Positions 31,496-40,128 of a stretch of 64,000 nt of DNA are shown one piece after another. The notes below the pieces were generated by a model that saw only the letters and a program-made list of their open reading frames with translations, was not told the DNA's origin and searched no databases. The position numbers were made by a program, and so were the translations under genes. Origin of the DNA: a virus (lineage: Duplodnaviria > Caudoviricetes); the IMG/VR virus record IMGVR_UViG_3300021387_000090, positions 32,001 to 96,000 of that record; one strand, given 5' to 3'. Within the stretch, counting starts at the first letter, position 1, and each line of letters begins with the position of its first letter.

Positions 31496-31807
31496 TTACT
31501 CTGTCTTTTCTAATTGCTTCTTTTCTCGCCATTTTCGTAAAGCTTCCCCAGCATTAGGATTGCCACCTTTTCCAGTTTTCACACTATTTCTCAACGAAAA
31601 TAACTTCTTAGGCGCTTTGTATTTTTTAGCTACAATCTTATTTTCTTGATCTCGAATCGTTTCAATTAATTCCCAAGTATCAGGATATTCTTTAACTTTA
31701 CGATCAAGTTTTGTCATCTGAGTAGAATCTGATGTATAAACGATCATGTAATCATCAGAACGCATGAAATTAACAAGTGTTTCCTGCTCATTTACTGGAA
31801 TCGACAT
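31496..31807 (-). CDS. Hypothetical protein
   Basis: 103-aa ORF with AGGAG RBS. Confidence 0.7.
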   Translation of the reverse strand: MSIPVNEQETLVNFMRSDDYMIVYTSDSTQMTKLDRKVKEYPDTWELIETIRDQENKIVAKKYKAPKKLFSLRNSVKTGKGGNPNAGEALRKWREKKQLEKTE

Positions 31808-31830
31808 TTTATTTACTCCTATTTGTAGTA

Positions 31831-31857
31831 GAAAGGGGCCATGTATTAATGACCCCT
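31831..31857 (-). terminator. Intrinsic terminator after dut
   Basis: Minus strand GGGGTCAT-taatac-ATGGCCCC-TTTC. Confidence 0.6.
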
Positions 31858-31873
31858 CATATTTAAATTGTAT

Positions 31874-32308
31874 TTACTGCACTCCCGTACTTCCAAAGCC
31901 ACCTCTGGTTGCATTACTATCTAGATTATCAACGGTCTTAAAGAATATTTCTGGCTGAATTTTCTGGATTCTAAACTGGCAGATTCTATCGTTTTTATGA
32001 ATCTCTGTATCACGAGTGGCATATACAGAAAGCATCCAATGATCATCACTTCCGCAATATGAGTTGTCAATAATACCAATTCCATTAGCGACTATAAGCC
32101 CAGTATTTTTAAACAGACTGCTTCTTGCTGCAACAATGGCCTCATAACCTTCTGGTAACTGCATACTTACGCCAAGATCAATCAATTTATGCTCACCTGC
32201 TTTGATCTCTATATTTTCTGCTGATCGAAGATCTGTCCAATTACCTTTGCTAATACTCTTAATACGCTCCAACTCGTCATCATGATACATAATTTTGATA
32301 ATCTGCAT
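31874..32308 (-). CDS. dut: Trimeric dUTPase (start moved to ATG 32308)
   Basis: DL, ARSS, GIIDNSY, RICQ and RGGFGSTG motifs; AGAGGA RBS before MQIIK. Confidence 0.93.
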   Translation of the reverse strand: MQIIKIMYHDDELERIKSISKGNWTDLRSAENIEIKAGEHKLIDLGVSMQLPEGYEAIVAARSSLFKNTGLIVANGIGIIDNSYCGSDDHWMLSVYATRDTEIHKNDRICQFRIQKIQPEIFFKTVDNLDSNATRGGFGSTGVQ

Positions 32309-32454
32309 TTTATTTCTTCCTCTTTTTATAATTTTCACAAGGCTCGATGTGCTGACCAAATATCCATTTTCGATCTCGATCAGTACAATATACACTTTCA
32401 ATTTTATTGTCTTTGAATACTTCACAGTATTCACATCCCTCACATTTAGCTGAA

Positions 32455-32643
32455 TTACTTATTGTTTTTCTTTTCATCTTGCTCTTTTCTCCATTCAGCT
32501 ATAGCCTTCGCCTGTTCTTCGTCATCATATTTTTGTCTTGAGGGATATTCCATATCAGCTTTTTCATTACTGACATGACCTATCCAAAAAAGCAGCGCCA
32601 AGACAAACCATACAATGAAAAATAGAATGATATATCTAAGCAA
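32455..32643 (-). CDS. Small membrane protein (probable TTG start 32643)
   Basis: AGGAG RBS; hydrophobic YIILFFIVWFVLALLFW helix. Confidence 0.55.
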   Translation of the reverse strand: MLRYIILFFIVWFVLALLFWIGHVSNEKADMEYPSRQKYDDEEQAKAIAEWRKEQDEKKNNK

Positions 32644-33004
32644 TTCTCTTTCTCCTTTTATGTGTAACAATACCTTTATAACCTTTTCGCCACAAGATAC
32701 CTTTTGTACATAACATATCCATGTACTTATTATATCTGGCAACGACTTGAGTATAAATCTTATTATTTAATCTTGTTTCATTGCAATAAAAAGGTACATA
32801 ATATTGTTTTGAATCATGTCTTTTCACTGTCAAAAACATGTGCGGTTCAACATCTTCAAAATCTATTTCTAAGTCAAGACAAACGACATCTTTATATAGC
32901 CATTTGCGAATATAGAAATGAGAATAATATTGTTCGAAACCATTCCGCAATAATTTTTCACGGGTTATTTTCTTACTAATCTCATATTTATTTGGAACAA
33001 TCAT
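32636..33004 (-). CDS. Hypothetical protein
   Basis: 122-aa ORF tightly packed in the operon. Confidence 0.65.
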   Translation of the reverse strand: MIVPNKYEISKKITREKLLRNGFEQYYSHFYIRKWLYKDVVCLDLEIDFEDVEPHMFLTVKRHDSKQYYVPFYCNETRLNNKIYTQVVARYNKYMDMLCTKGILWRKGYKGIVTHKRRKRIA

Positions 33005-33313
33005 TTATTCATCTACCGCCTCTACATTTTTCATAACTATCTGTATAACTCTATTTTCAAGTTGTTCTTTAATGGCAGTCTCAAATAACCGTTTGAAAGT
33101 GTAACCATTAAGTAAATGTGTAATTTGTTCTTTTAAATAATTCCCGCTTGAACATTCAGCATCTAAAGAAGCAAGTCTTTGATCCAAGGCTCTGTCTATT
33201 TTATTCTTGAGTTCTTCCTTCACCATCTCTTTAATAGCGCCCTGATTCAATCCTGCATCAGCAAGTAGCTGACTAATTTGTAATCGTAATTCTCTTTTTT
33301 CATCGTATGTCAT
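33005..33313 (-). CDS. Hypothetical protein
   Basis: 102-aa ORF with AAGGA RBS. Confidence 0.65.
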   Translation of the reverse strand: MTYDEKRELRLQISQLLADAGLNQGAIKEMVKEELKNKIDRALDQRLASLDAECSSGNYLKEQITHLLNGYTFKRLFETAIKEQLENRVIQIVMKNVEAVDE

Positions 33314-33367
33314 TTGATTATTGTCCTTTACATAGTTAAAGCTTTATATTACAATTAAGACGAGATA

Positions 33368-33408
33368 GGGAATCCTGACTCAAGGTATGATCTTGAGTCA
33401 GGCATCCC
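33368..33408. repeat. Palindrome with 11-bp arms and 7-bp spacer
   Basis: CCTGACTCAAG-gtatgat-CTTGAGTCAGG (33374-33402), extended by GGGA/TCCC. Confidence 0.85.
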
Positions 33409-33428
33409 AAAAAAGATCTGTCGGCCTT

Positions 33429-33914
33429 TTAACTAATTTGTTCAGCATACTGATTATCAGACGCTAAGTTAATGCCAAGAACTTCATCGTAATGGGGATT
33501 TTGATTAGGGATATAACGTCCGTATTTTATAATGATATTGTCAAAATTCTTTAATAAATTGATATAGTCAAATTTTTTCAATTCTTCTTTAGTATATCCT
33601 GTATAAATCACAACATCATCATTACAATGATACTGATTTCTCAGCCAAATCAAAAAATTATTTAACTCTCCAAAAGAATCAATTGGTTCTAAGCCTTGAC
33701 AAATTATAGCGTCTGTTATTGGATTATTTAAATATCTTTTAATGATCGTTTCACATGATACATCAATAATTTTTTCTTTTAACAAAGGACTGTTTTGACA
33801 TATAGCTTGCCCATAATCTTTGTCACATTTTAATGAGCAAAACGGAAACTCAATTATCATAGATGGTTTTTTATAATTGATAAAATCCTCATCAATAATA
33901 TTTATTATTCTCAC
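33429..33914 (-). CDS. nrdG: Anaerobic ribonucleotide reductase activase (GTG start overlapping nrdD stop)
   Basis: CSLKC...CQN radical SAM variant, GLEP, IYTGY, IKYGRY, LASDNQ; adjacent to nrdD. Confidence 0.85.
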   Translation of the reverse strand: MRIINIIDEDFINYKKPSMIIEFPFCSLKCDKDYGQAICQNSPLLKEKIIDVSCETIIKRYLNNPITDAIICQGLEPIDSFGELNNFLIWLRNQYHCNDDVVIYTGYTKEELKKFDYINLLKNFDNIIIKYGRYIPNQNPHYDEVLGINLASDNQYAEQIS

Positions 33915-36811
33915 TGCATAATTCCGTCCTTTGAGAGAACATTCATCCATTTACGCTTATCAAATTCTTTACGTCTAATTTTTTGATAACCTGAAACAGG
34001 TGTATAGAAACCGACTACGCGACTATAGGTGTCGGCAATAGATTTGCCACATACTGGGCAAGTCTTTTCACTAATAAAAGCGTGACCCTCTTCACATACA
34101 CTAATTTTGGTTGTAAATGCAAAGTAGATCACCCCTTGAGAAGCTACATAATTAAGCATCTCCCATGCAGTTTCTTCATTAGGGAATCTATTTTCAATAT
34201 CAATATGGGCGATACATCCACCCCCACATTTAGCATCAAATAAAGATCCTAATCTACATTTTTCTTGAATAGTGCATTTTTCCATTAAGGGGATCCATTG
34301 ATTGGAATAAATAAAGTATTTATCATTTTCAAACAATAAATTATCTGCCTGACAAATTACTCCCGCACAATTTTCAGCAGGAATCATTTCAATATTAAAA
34401 GTAAAATCACATTCAAAATTATCTTTTACTTCATTCATTGTATCTAAGATTTGTGTGGTAAATTCAACAGCTTCGTCTGAATAAGATTTACATCCAAACT
34501 CATCTGTATTAATTAAACCGAACATATCCATTACTTCATACATTCCAATACCGCCAATGGTACAGAACTGTTTATCTAATTCAACGGCCCCATCTTGATA
34601 ATTAGGAAGTAATCCCTTTTCAATATTTCGTTTTAAAATATAACGCATAGAAGACAACGCTTTGCAATCAAGAAGAACCCTCTTCTTTAGAATATCAATA
34701 TACTTCTTTTTATTAAGGTCACTCTCATATGCAATTCTTACTAAATTAATTGTACTTACTCTGCAAGACCCTACAGATAACGCAGTACCACCAATACTAT
34801 TAATAAAAGCATCGAGTTTTGTTGTATCACTAAGTAATCTACAACAATTACTTAATACACCAACATTGTCACTAACAAAGAAATTAGAATCTGACCACTT
34901 AATATTATGTGCTGAACACCATTTGGCAAAATCTTCATCAACGAATTTACCATTTTGGAACAATAAGCTATATGTTAATCCTTTATGTTCATCATGAGTC
35001 GTTAATTCATGACCGTTTATAACAAACCGCTCTATGTCACCATAGAGAGCAGACTATATCATATTCTTTAATTCTATTACCGATTAAAGAACCCCAGCAC
35101 TTCCATCCACTTGGATGTACTCTACTCAGTTATTTACTTAATATTTCTATTAAGAAATCTTTTCGATAGTCGTTGCGCTTTCCCATCTATATGGGCTTAG
35201 TTCATGATTGTCTGTATAATGTATTTTCCAATGGCAGTTATGGCAAAGAACTACCAAATTGGATTCGTCCATCAGATCTTTATTATTAACTATTTGATCA
35301 TAAACGGAATTAATATCTCCATCATAATCATTTTTAATAAAATCTTCAAAAAGTAATTTAAAAGGCTTAATATGATGAGTTTCTAAATTTCCTCCTCTTT
35401 TACCACAACATTGACAAGTATAATTTTTTTCACGAATCAAACGTTTTGATATTGTTTTAAAAATTCCTCTTGCTACACGTTTTTCATCTTCGTAACCTTT
35501 ATAATTAGGATTATTATCTCCTGTAAATCGACCTATTAAAGATTCACTAATTTTATTTCTTTGTTCAATATCATCTATTTTCCCGTGTCTATCCTTTATT
35601 CCTTGTCTATTAAGAAGAATAGTAACATCTGATCTTGAGACACCTAACCTCTCAGCTATTTCGTAATCATATAAACCTTGATTATGTAGTTCCAAAACTT
35701 GCTGCCTACGATTCATTTCATATTTATGTAAGCCTAATTGATTAAGTTTTTTACCAACCGTACTTTTTGTATATCCTGTAATATCACTTATTTCTTGATA
35801 TGATAAATTTTGATTAAATAAATCAATTAATACCTCATCTGCCACTTTTTTAATTTTTATTACCTATCTTTCTTTGCCATTTTATAAATACAGACTTCCC
35901 ATGAATTCACTGGGTTTTCATAATAAATCACTTTATTATGCCGCTATATAATTAACGGGATATGTAAACATCTGAATACTTCTAGTTTCATCTACCACTC
36001 TCATGAATTCTTTTTGCGCTTCAATTAAATCTTCAATATGATCTATCGCCATTTCCCCGTCAGGAAAAACGATTCCACCAAAAAGAGATTCAAGGTATGG
36101 TCTGTCAAAAATTGAAATATTTGTAAAAGCACTCTGATCAATTCTCAAGAACGGTTGGTTTAGTCTAAAAATTAATTTTTGGCACTGCTGTCTCCAGTAA
36201 TATTTCGGATCCTTAATATAATATCCAGTTTGAACATCTTTATACCAAAACCACCAGCCCCAAATTAACACATTAGGCATACCCACAGCGCCAGATTGCC
36301 TATTTGAGAGGAATGAAACGAATTCAATAACGTCATCTATATATGTCGTTAAATGTTTAGGCGGCTCATTGTTGTAATTGTTTAAAAAGAATAATCCTTC
36401 GGTTGCTAATCTCGTAAAATCATCTGCCCAACAATAGGGAAAATAACTAGCTGTTGTACTATCATTTAAATAAAACGCTCGACTAAACTCTGCTTCAAGC
36501 CATTGTTTGGCTGTGCGTAATCCCCATTGTTTTTTAATCGTTGAGAAAATTTTATTTAACCCAAATAATTTATCTTCACTCTTACCTTTTTCAGTCATAA
36601 AGCTACGAATATCTTTATTTCTTGCATTAGCATTTGGATCAATACTCTTATCTGCAAGCGCACCTTTATCAACAAAGTTATCAATAAATTCAGAAAAATC
36701 TAATTGACTAGGATGAAGACCATTAATATATTCAAAGTCTTCACCATATTTTTTCTTTAAATCCTCTAAACATCTTTCGAAATCTTTTGTAAGTTTTAAT
36801 TCAATATCCAT
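33911..36811 (-). CDS. nrdD: Class III anaerobic ribonucleotide reductase, two exons: join(36811..35955, 34979..33911), 641 aa
   Basis: Splicing restores MFTYPV-LTYSLLFQ in frame. SNCCRL, IPAE, CPVCG zinc site and YSRVVGFY glycyl-radical loop present. Confidence 0.9.
34980..35954 (-). mobile_element. Group I intron (975 nt) in nrdD
   Basis: Exon CCGU pairs with intron GCGG (P1, U-G at the splice site). Terminal omega-G at 34980. GCAACGACTA and GATATAGTC P7 elements. P9-like CTCTATG-GTGA-CATAGAG. Confidence 0.9.
35150..35845 (-). CDS. Intron-encoded HNH homing endonuclease with N-terminal HTH domains
   Basis: Two HTH-like segments, GDNNPNYKG, CQCCG, ETHHIKP, NLVVLCHNCH; ORF end (ESATTIE) overlaps the intron core. 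Confidence 0.9.
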   Translation of the reverse strand: MADEVLIDLFNQNLSYQEISDITGYTKSTVGKKLNQLGLHKYEMNRRQQVLELHNQGLYDYEIAERLGVSRSDVTILLNRQGIKDRHGKIDDIEQRNKISESLIGRFTGDNNPNYKGYEDEKRVARGIFKTISKRLIREKNYTCQCCGKRGGNLETHHIKPFKLLFEDFIKNDYDGDINSVYDQIVNNKDLMDESNLVVLCHNCHWKIHYTDNHELSPYRWESATTIEKIS

Positions 36812-36817
36812 TTACAA

Positions 36818-37018
36818 TTACCTCTCATTCACCCAATCTACAGCCTCCTTGAACATCAATCCTTTACCATCAATTTCAAGAACTGGTGCAGATCGCCACC
36901 CTTTCGCAATCATCTCATCAACATCATTATTCTCCTTATACTCAATTCCTTTTTCATCCAGCTTCGTTTTTAAAACATTACATTTTGGACAATGTGTACT
37001 ATAAAAAACTATACTCAT
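36818..37018 (-). CDS. Glutaredoxin-like (NrdH-type) protein
   Basis: CPKC active site and SAPVL cis-Pro motif; directly upstream of nrdD. Confidence 0.85.
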   Translation of the reverse strand: MSIVFYSTHCPKCNVLKTKLDEKGIEYKENNDVDEMIAKGWRSAPVLEIDGKGLMFKEAVDWVNER

Positions 37019-37188
37019 TCCCCTACCTCCTTTTCCATAAACATTTCAAATATCTTTTCATACATCTCTTGTAGACAATCCTCACACAAATAAAGAATAG
37101 TATCATTTACAGTAATTCTATACTCATTTGTTTTTAATAATTCTCCACAATTATCACAAGGAACCATCTCTACTTTTTCAATCTTCAT
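37015..37188 (-). CDS. Small zinc-finger protein (57 aa, not in ORF track)
   Basis: Hand translation has CDNC...CEDC; GAGG RBS; stop overlaps the next ATG. Confidence 0.65.
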   Translation of the reverse strand: MKIEKVEMVPCDNCGELLKTNEYRITVNDTILYLCEDCLQEMYEKIFEMFMEKEVGE

Positions 37189-37230
37189 AAGATAACTACC
37201 TCGCTATTTATATGATTTTTAAAACGCCTT

Positions 37231-37638
37231 TTATGTGTAATAGGTAACGATATATGCCATTGCGTCTTCAGCAGTATCAAATACACACTGACAATCAACA
37301 TACAGCCAACTATATACATTCTGATTACCAAAACCGATTACAGGGATTTCATGATCAATAGCATACTGCACTTCTTGGCAAGTCCCACAGGATGAAGCGC
37401 TATTATTGAGATTAACAAGAACTACATCGACCTTTTTAATCCTTGACAAATAGTACTGCTTTACTTGCTTATCATTTTGATGCCACATTTTTGAATATCT
37501 AAAATAAGTAAGCGGATTAATTAATTCAATTCCCAGAGCCTCATCATCCCAATCTCTTTTTAGAGCCTCCCGCCAACCCATCCCTTCATCAATTTCATGT
37601 TTACATGGGCCAGCTAAATAAATTTTAAAATTCTGCAT
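37231..37638 (-). CDS. Nucleoside 2-deoxyribosyltransferase-like protein
   Basis: KIYLAGP, INP, DVVLVNL and SCGTCQEVQYA (GTxxE) motifs. Confidence 0.8.
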   Translation of the reverse strand: MQNFKIYLAGPCKHEIDEGMGWREALKRDWDDEALGIELINPLTYFRYSKMWHQNDKQVKQYYLSRIKKVDVVLVNLNNSASSCGTCQEVQYAIDHEIPVIGFGNQNVYSWLYVDCQCVFDTAEDAMAYIVTYYT

Positions 37639-37642
37639 ATTT

Positions 37643-37957
37643 CTACCTCGCATCATTTTGTTCTTCTTCTTTGGTTTCAGTAAGTTCCATATATGTCATA
37701 ATCAAATAATTACACATATCTAAAATGGTATCTTCTATAGATTCATTTCTTACTTTTTGATCTGTTCCTTGTGTCAATGTTTTTAATCTATTCCACTTAT
37801 CTGATAATCGTACCATAGCAGCTGTAATGCCCCATTCTTTGAAGCTAAGTCCAAAAGAATCTCCATAGTCATTGTTTTTATTGGCATATATTGAATTCAG
37901 CATAAAACATATTTGTCTATGTCTCAGAACTTTACCTTTTATATCTTCAATATCCAT
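37643..37957 (-). CDS. DUF1599 / Nmad1-like all-alpha NTP pyrophosphatase-fold protein
   Basis: KNNDYGDSF, RLSDKWNR, ESIEDTILDMCNY. Confidence 0.8.
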   Translation of the reverse strand: MDIEDIKGKVLRHRQICFMLNSIYANKNNDYGDSFGLSFKEWGITAAMVRLSDKWNRLKTLTQGTDQKVRNESIEDTILDMCNYLIMTYMELTETKEEEQNDAR

Positions 37958-38211
37958 TAAAAATCCCCATTAGTCTTTCTGGCCTCTTTTTCTTTGGCCT
38001 TTTGTTCAGATAACTTTTCCAATTCATAATTAAATAAATGTGTTGCAATCTGAATTATCTTTTGCAGGTCTTGCATACCATCGTTTTGTTTCCAAGTACA
38101 AGATAATTTAATAAGATCTCCTGTATCTATGGCTTCAATCCCTTTTAAGTCAGATGTAAAATATTCCATTACATCCATCAAGTCTATCTTTTCTACCATT
38201 TCGGCCTCCAA
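37957..38211 (-). CDS. Hypothetical protein
   Basis: ORF in the packed minus-strand operon. Confidence 0.6.
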   Translation of the reverse strand: MEAEMVEKIDLMDVMEYFTSDLKGIEAIDTGDLIKLSCTWKQNDGMQDLQKIIQIATHLFNYELEKLSEQKAKEKEARKTNGDF

Positions 38212-38314
38212 TCATCATCGTTATAGTCATTACTATTATGTTCAAGCAAAGCACCTATCATAACGCCAAACGAAAAACTAAATAGCATGAGACTTATTAT
38301 TAAGCACATCATTT

Positions 38315-38932
38315 TTATTCCTCCATAATTTCTTTAATATACGGAAGATCCTTTAAGATTCCTATGAACTGATTCCATTCTGTCAATTTATGTCCAGTTC
38401 TTTGCTTGATCATCGTGACCACATTTTCGTAGTTCATAGTTACTGTTCTTTTCTGATTATAAGAAGATGGAAGTAACTGTATTAACCCCCTCCAATATCT
38501 TTTATCTTTTGTTTCCAAATAGTATTTTCTCAACATTTCACAATCTGCAACAACATTAATAAAACAATCATTCATACTAATTCCTTCATCTGCTATATCA
38601 AACTCTTCTGTTGAAAAATCAGATAATGTGATTGGTTTACTTGTGATTTTATGCATAGTAGAACAAGAATTAGCAACAGTTCCAATTTTATAAGTGTCGA
38701 ATTCTTTCCACCAGTAAAGCGGAGCAGTAATGTCCATACTGACGAATATCTGACGAAGATATTTACGGTGAGAGGGGTCACCTCCTTTATATAATCTCTT
38801 CATAAGGTCTAAATCCTTTGTTCCAATAACAGCTGTTGTACTGTCACTCTTATCCCAACTATTCATAGGGTTTCTCATTCCTCTAATAGCGTGTTCAAAT
38901 CCCCACACATCTGTATTTTCTACTTTAATCAT
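38315..38932 (-). CDS. Divergent ThyX/Thy1-like protein
   Basis: AIRGMRNP, HRKYLR, APLYWWKEFDTY, NSCSTMH, LLPSSY, RTGHKLTEW. ThyX-like layout but lacks the canonical RHR motif. Confidence 0.6.
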   Translation of the reverse strand: MIKVENTDVWGFEHAIRGMRNPMNSWDKSDSTTAVIGTKDLDLMKRLYKGGDPSHRKYLRQIFVSMDITAPLYWWKEFDTYKIGTVANSCSTMHKITSKPITLSDFSTEEFDIADEGISMNDCFINVVADCEMLRKYYLETKDKRYWRGLIQLLPSSYNQKRTVTMNYENVVTMIKQRTGHKLTEWNQFIGILKDLPYIKEIMEE

Positions 38933-39239
38933 TTTTATTCCTCTCTTCCGTAAAATTTACCGTTTCATTATCAGCAACTGTTACATCATAATCTTCAGGA
39001 ATTTTATCAAGTTTTACTTTTTTACCATCGATACGCAAATCCAATGTTACGGGAATTACGGCTGTGCTATCATTCTCGCCTAACTCAACGAATTCTGACA
39101 CAGCTTGTAGAATCCAATCAGATAACTGAGTACAATTACGTTTCAGATTATCAATATTTGTACCCCCTTGTTCAAGTGCCTGATCAGGATCTAATTCAAA
39201 ATGAGTAATTACAGAATATTCAGCATCAAATGTAATCAT
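38925..39239 (-). CDS. Hypothetical protein
   Basis: 104-aa ORF, GGAGG RBS. Confidence 0.65.
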   Translation of the reverse strand: MITFDAEYSVITHFELDPDQALEQGGTNIDNLKRNCTQLSDWILQAVSEFVELGENDSTAVIPVTLDLRIDGKKVKLDKIPEDYDVTVADNETVNFTEERNKND

Positions 39240-39269
39240 AATTTCGTCCTCCGTAATTTTACTATAGAA

Positions 39270-39470
39270 TTAATCGCAACTATCTCCTCTAAACCATCTT
39301 ATGTAATACTTACCTTTGGTATGATACTTAAAGGGTGAATAAAAACCATATCCCGCTATAGGATAAGATCGATTAGCATAATTTTCTATCCATTCATAAG
39401 CTTTTTTAGGATCCATGTGTTCCAATGCTCTATACTCTTCTAAGGATATCTCTCTCGTCTCTGAAACCAT
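39270..39470 (-). CDS. Hypothetical protein
   Basis: 66-aa ORF, GGAGG RBS. Confidence 0.6.
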   Translation of the reverse strand: MVSETREISLEEYRALEHMDPKKAYEWIENYANRSYPIAGYGFYSPFKYHTKGKYYIRWFRGDSCD

Positions 39471-40052
39471 TTAGTCCTCCACCAAATAAACATCATAATA
39501 GCCTGTAATCAAATAACATTCATCAGTTGTGTAGCAAGCTACATCAACAACACCAGATCCCACGCCACGATCTTCTACAACATATTCTCCAAGTCCATCT
39601 ATATATATTCGTGTGCCAAAAGCCAAATCCTTCATGGCTACTGTTCTACCGGGCTCGCCAACCACACCAGATGCTGTGACACCATCTGATCTACCACCAT
39701 TCTCAGATGCAGCAAACATTCGATATCCTGTAATTTTATAATTACCCAAATATTCATAATCTGGAGCAAAGGGTTCGTCATCAGTTACATAGTCAGAATG
39801 AATATATCCTTCTTGGTTCTCATATTCGCACAATAACCATTCTTCATTGTATTTTCTATTCTCAATAATCTTTATTGAAGTCTTTCGAGTCAATACCTCT
39901 ATAATATTATCTTCTTTGATTTCTGGAGAATTTCGAAAATTAACCCGTGTTGTTGTATACATAATATTATCTGTATTGGATTCCTCTGCGTATATAATAG
40001 ATGGGATAGAAAAGGATAGAATAATTGTCAATACTAATAATCTTTTTATCAT
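39471..40052 (-). CDS. Exported SH3b + 3D-domain cell wall protein
   Basis: Signal-peptide-like N-terminus; VNFR..GYIHSDY SH3b; TASG, FGTRIYI, VEDRG, VDV 3D motifs. Confidence 0.85.
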   Translation of the reverse strand: MIKRLLVLTIILSFSIPSIIYAEESNTDNIMYTTTRVNFRNSPEIKEDNIIEVLTRKTSIKIIENRKYNEEWLLCEYENQEGYIHSDYVTDDEPFAPDYEYLGNYKITGYRMFAASENGGRSDGVTASGVVGEPGRTVAMKDLAFGTRIYIDGLGEYVVEDRGVGSGVVDVACYTTDECYLITGYYDVYLVED

Positions 40053-40066
40053 CTTTCATCTCCTAT

Positions 40067-40095
40067 ATCATAGCACAATTCTGATAATCGTGCAA
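40067..40095 (-). promoter_or_regulatory. Probable sigmaA promoter with extended -10
   Basis: TTGCAC-17 nt (ending TGTGC)-TATGAT upstream of the 3D-domain gene. Confidence 0.55.
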
Positions 40096-40128
40096 GTCTA
40101 AAACTATGTTATCTTTGTATATTCTATG

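Noticed and set aside
33911-36811. nrdD as a broken pseudogene or two separate genes
   Set aside because: Removing the group I intron restores a continuous 641-aa frame.
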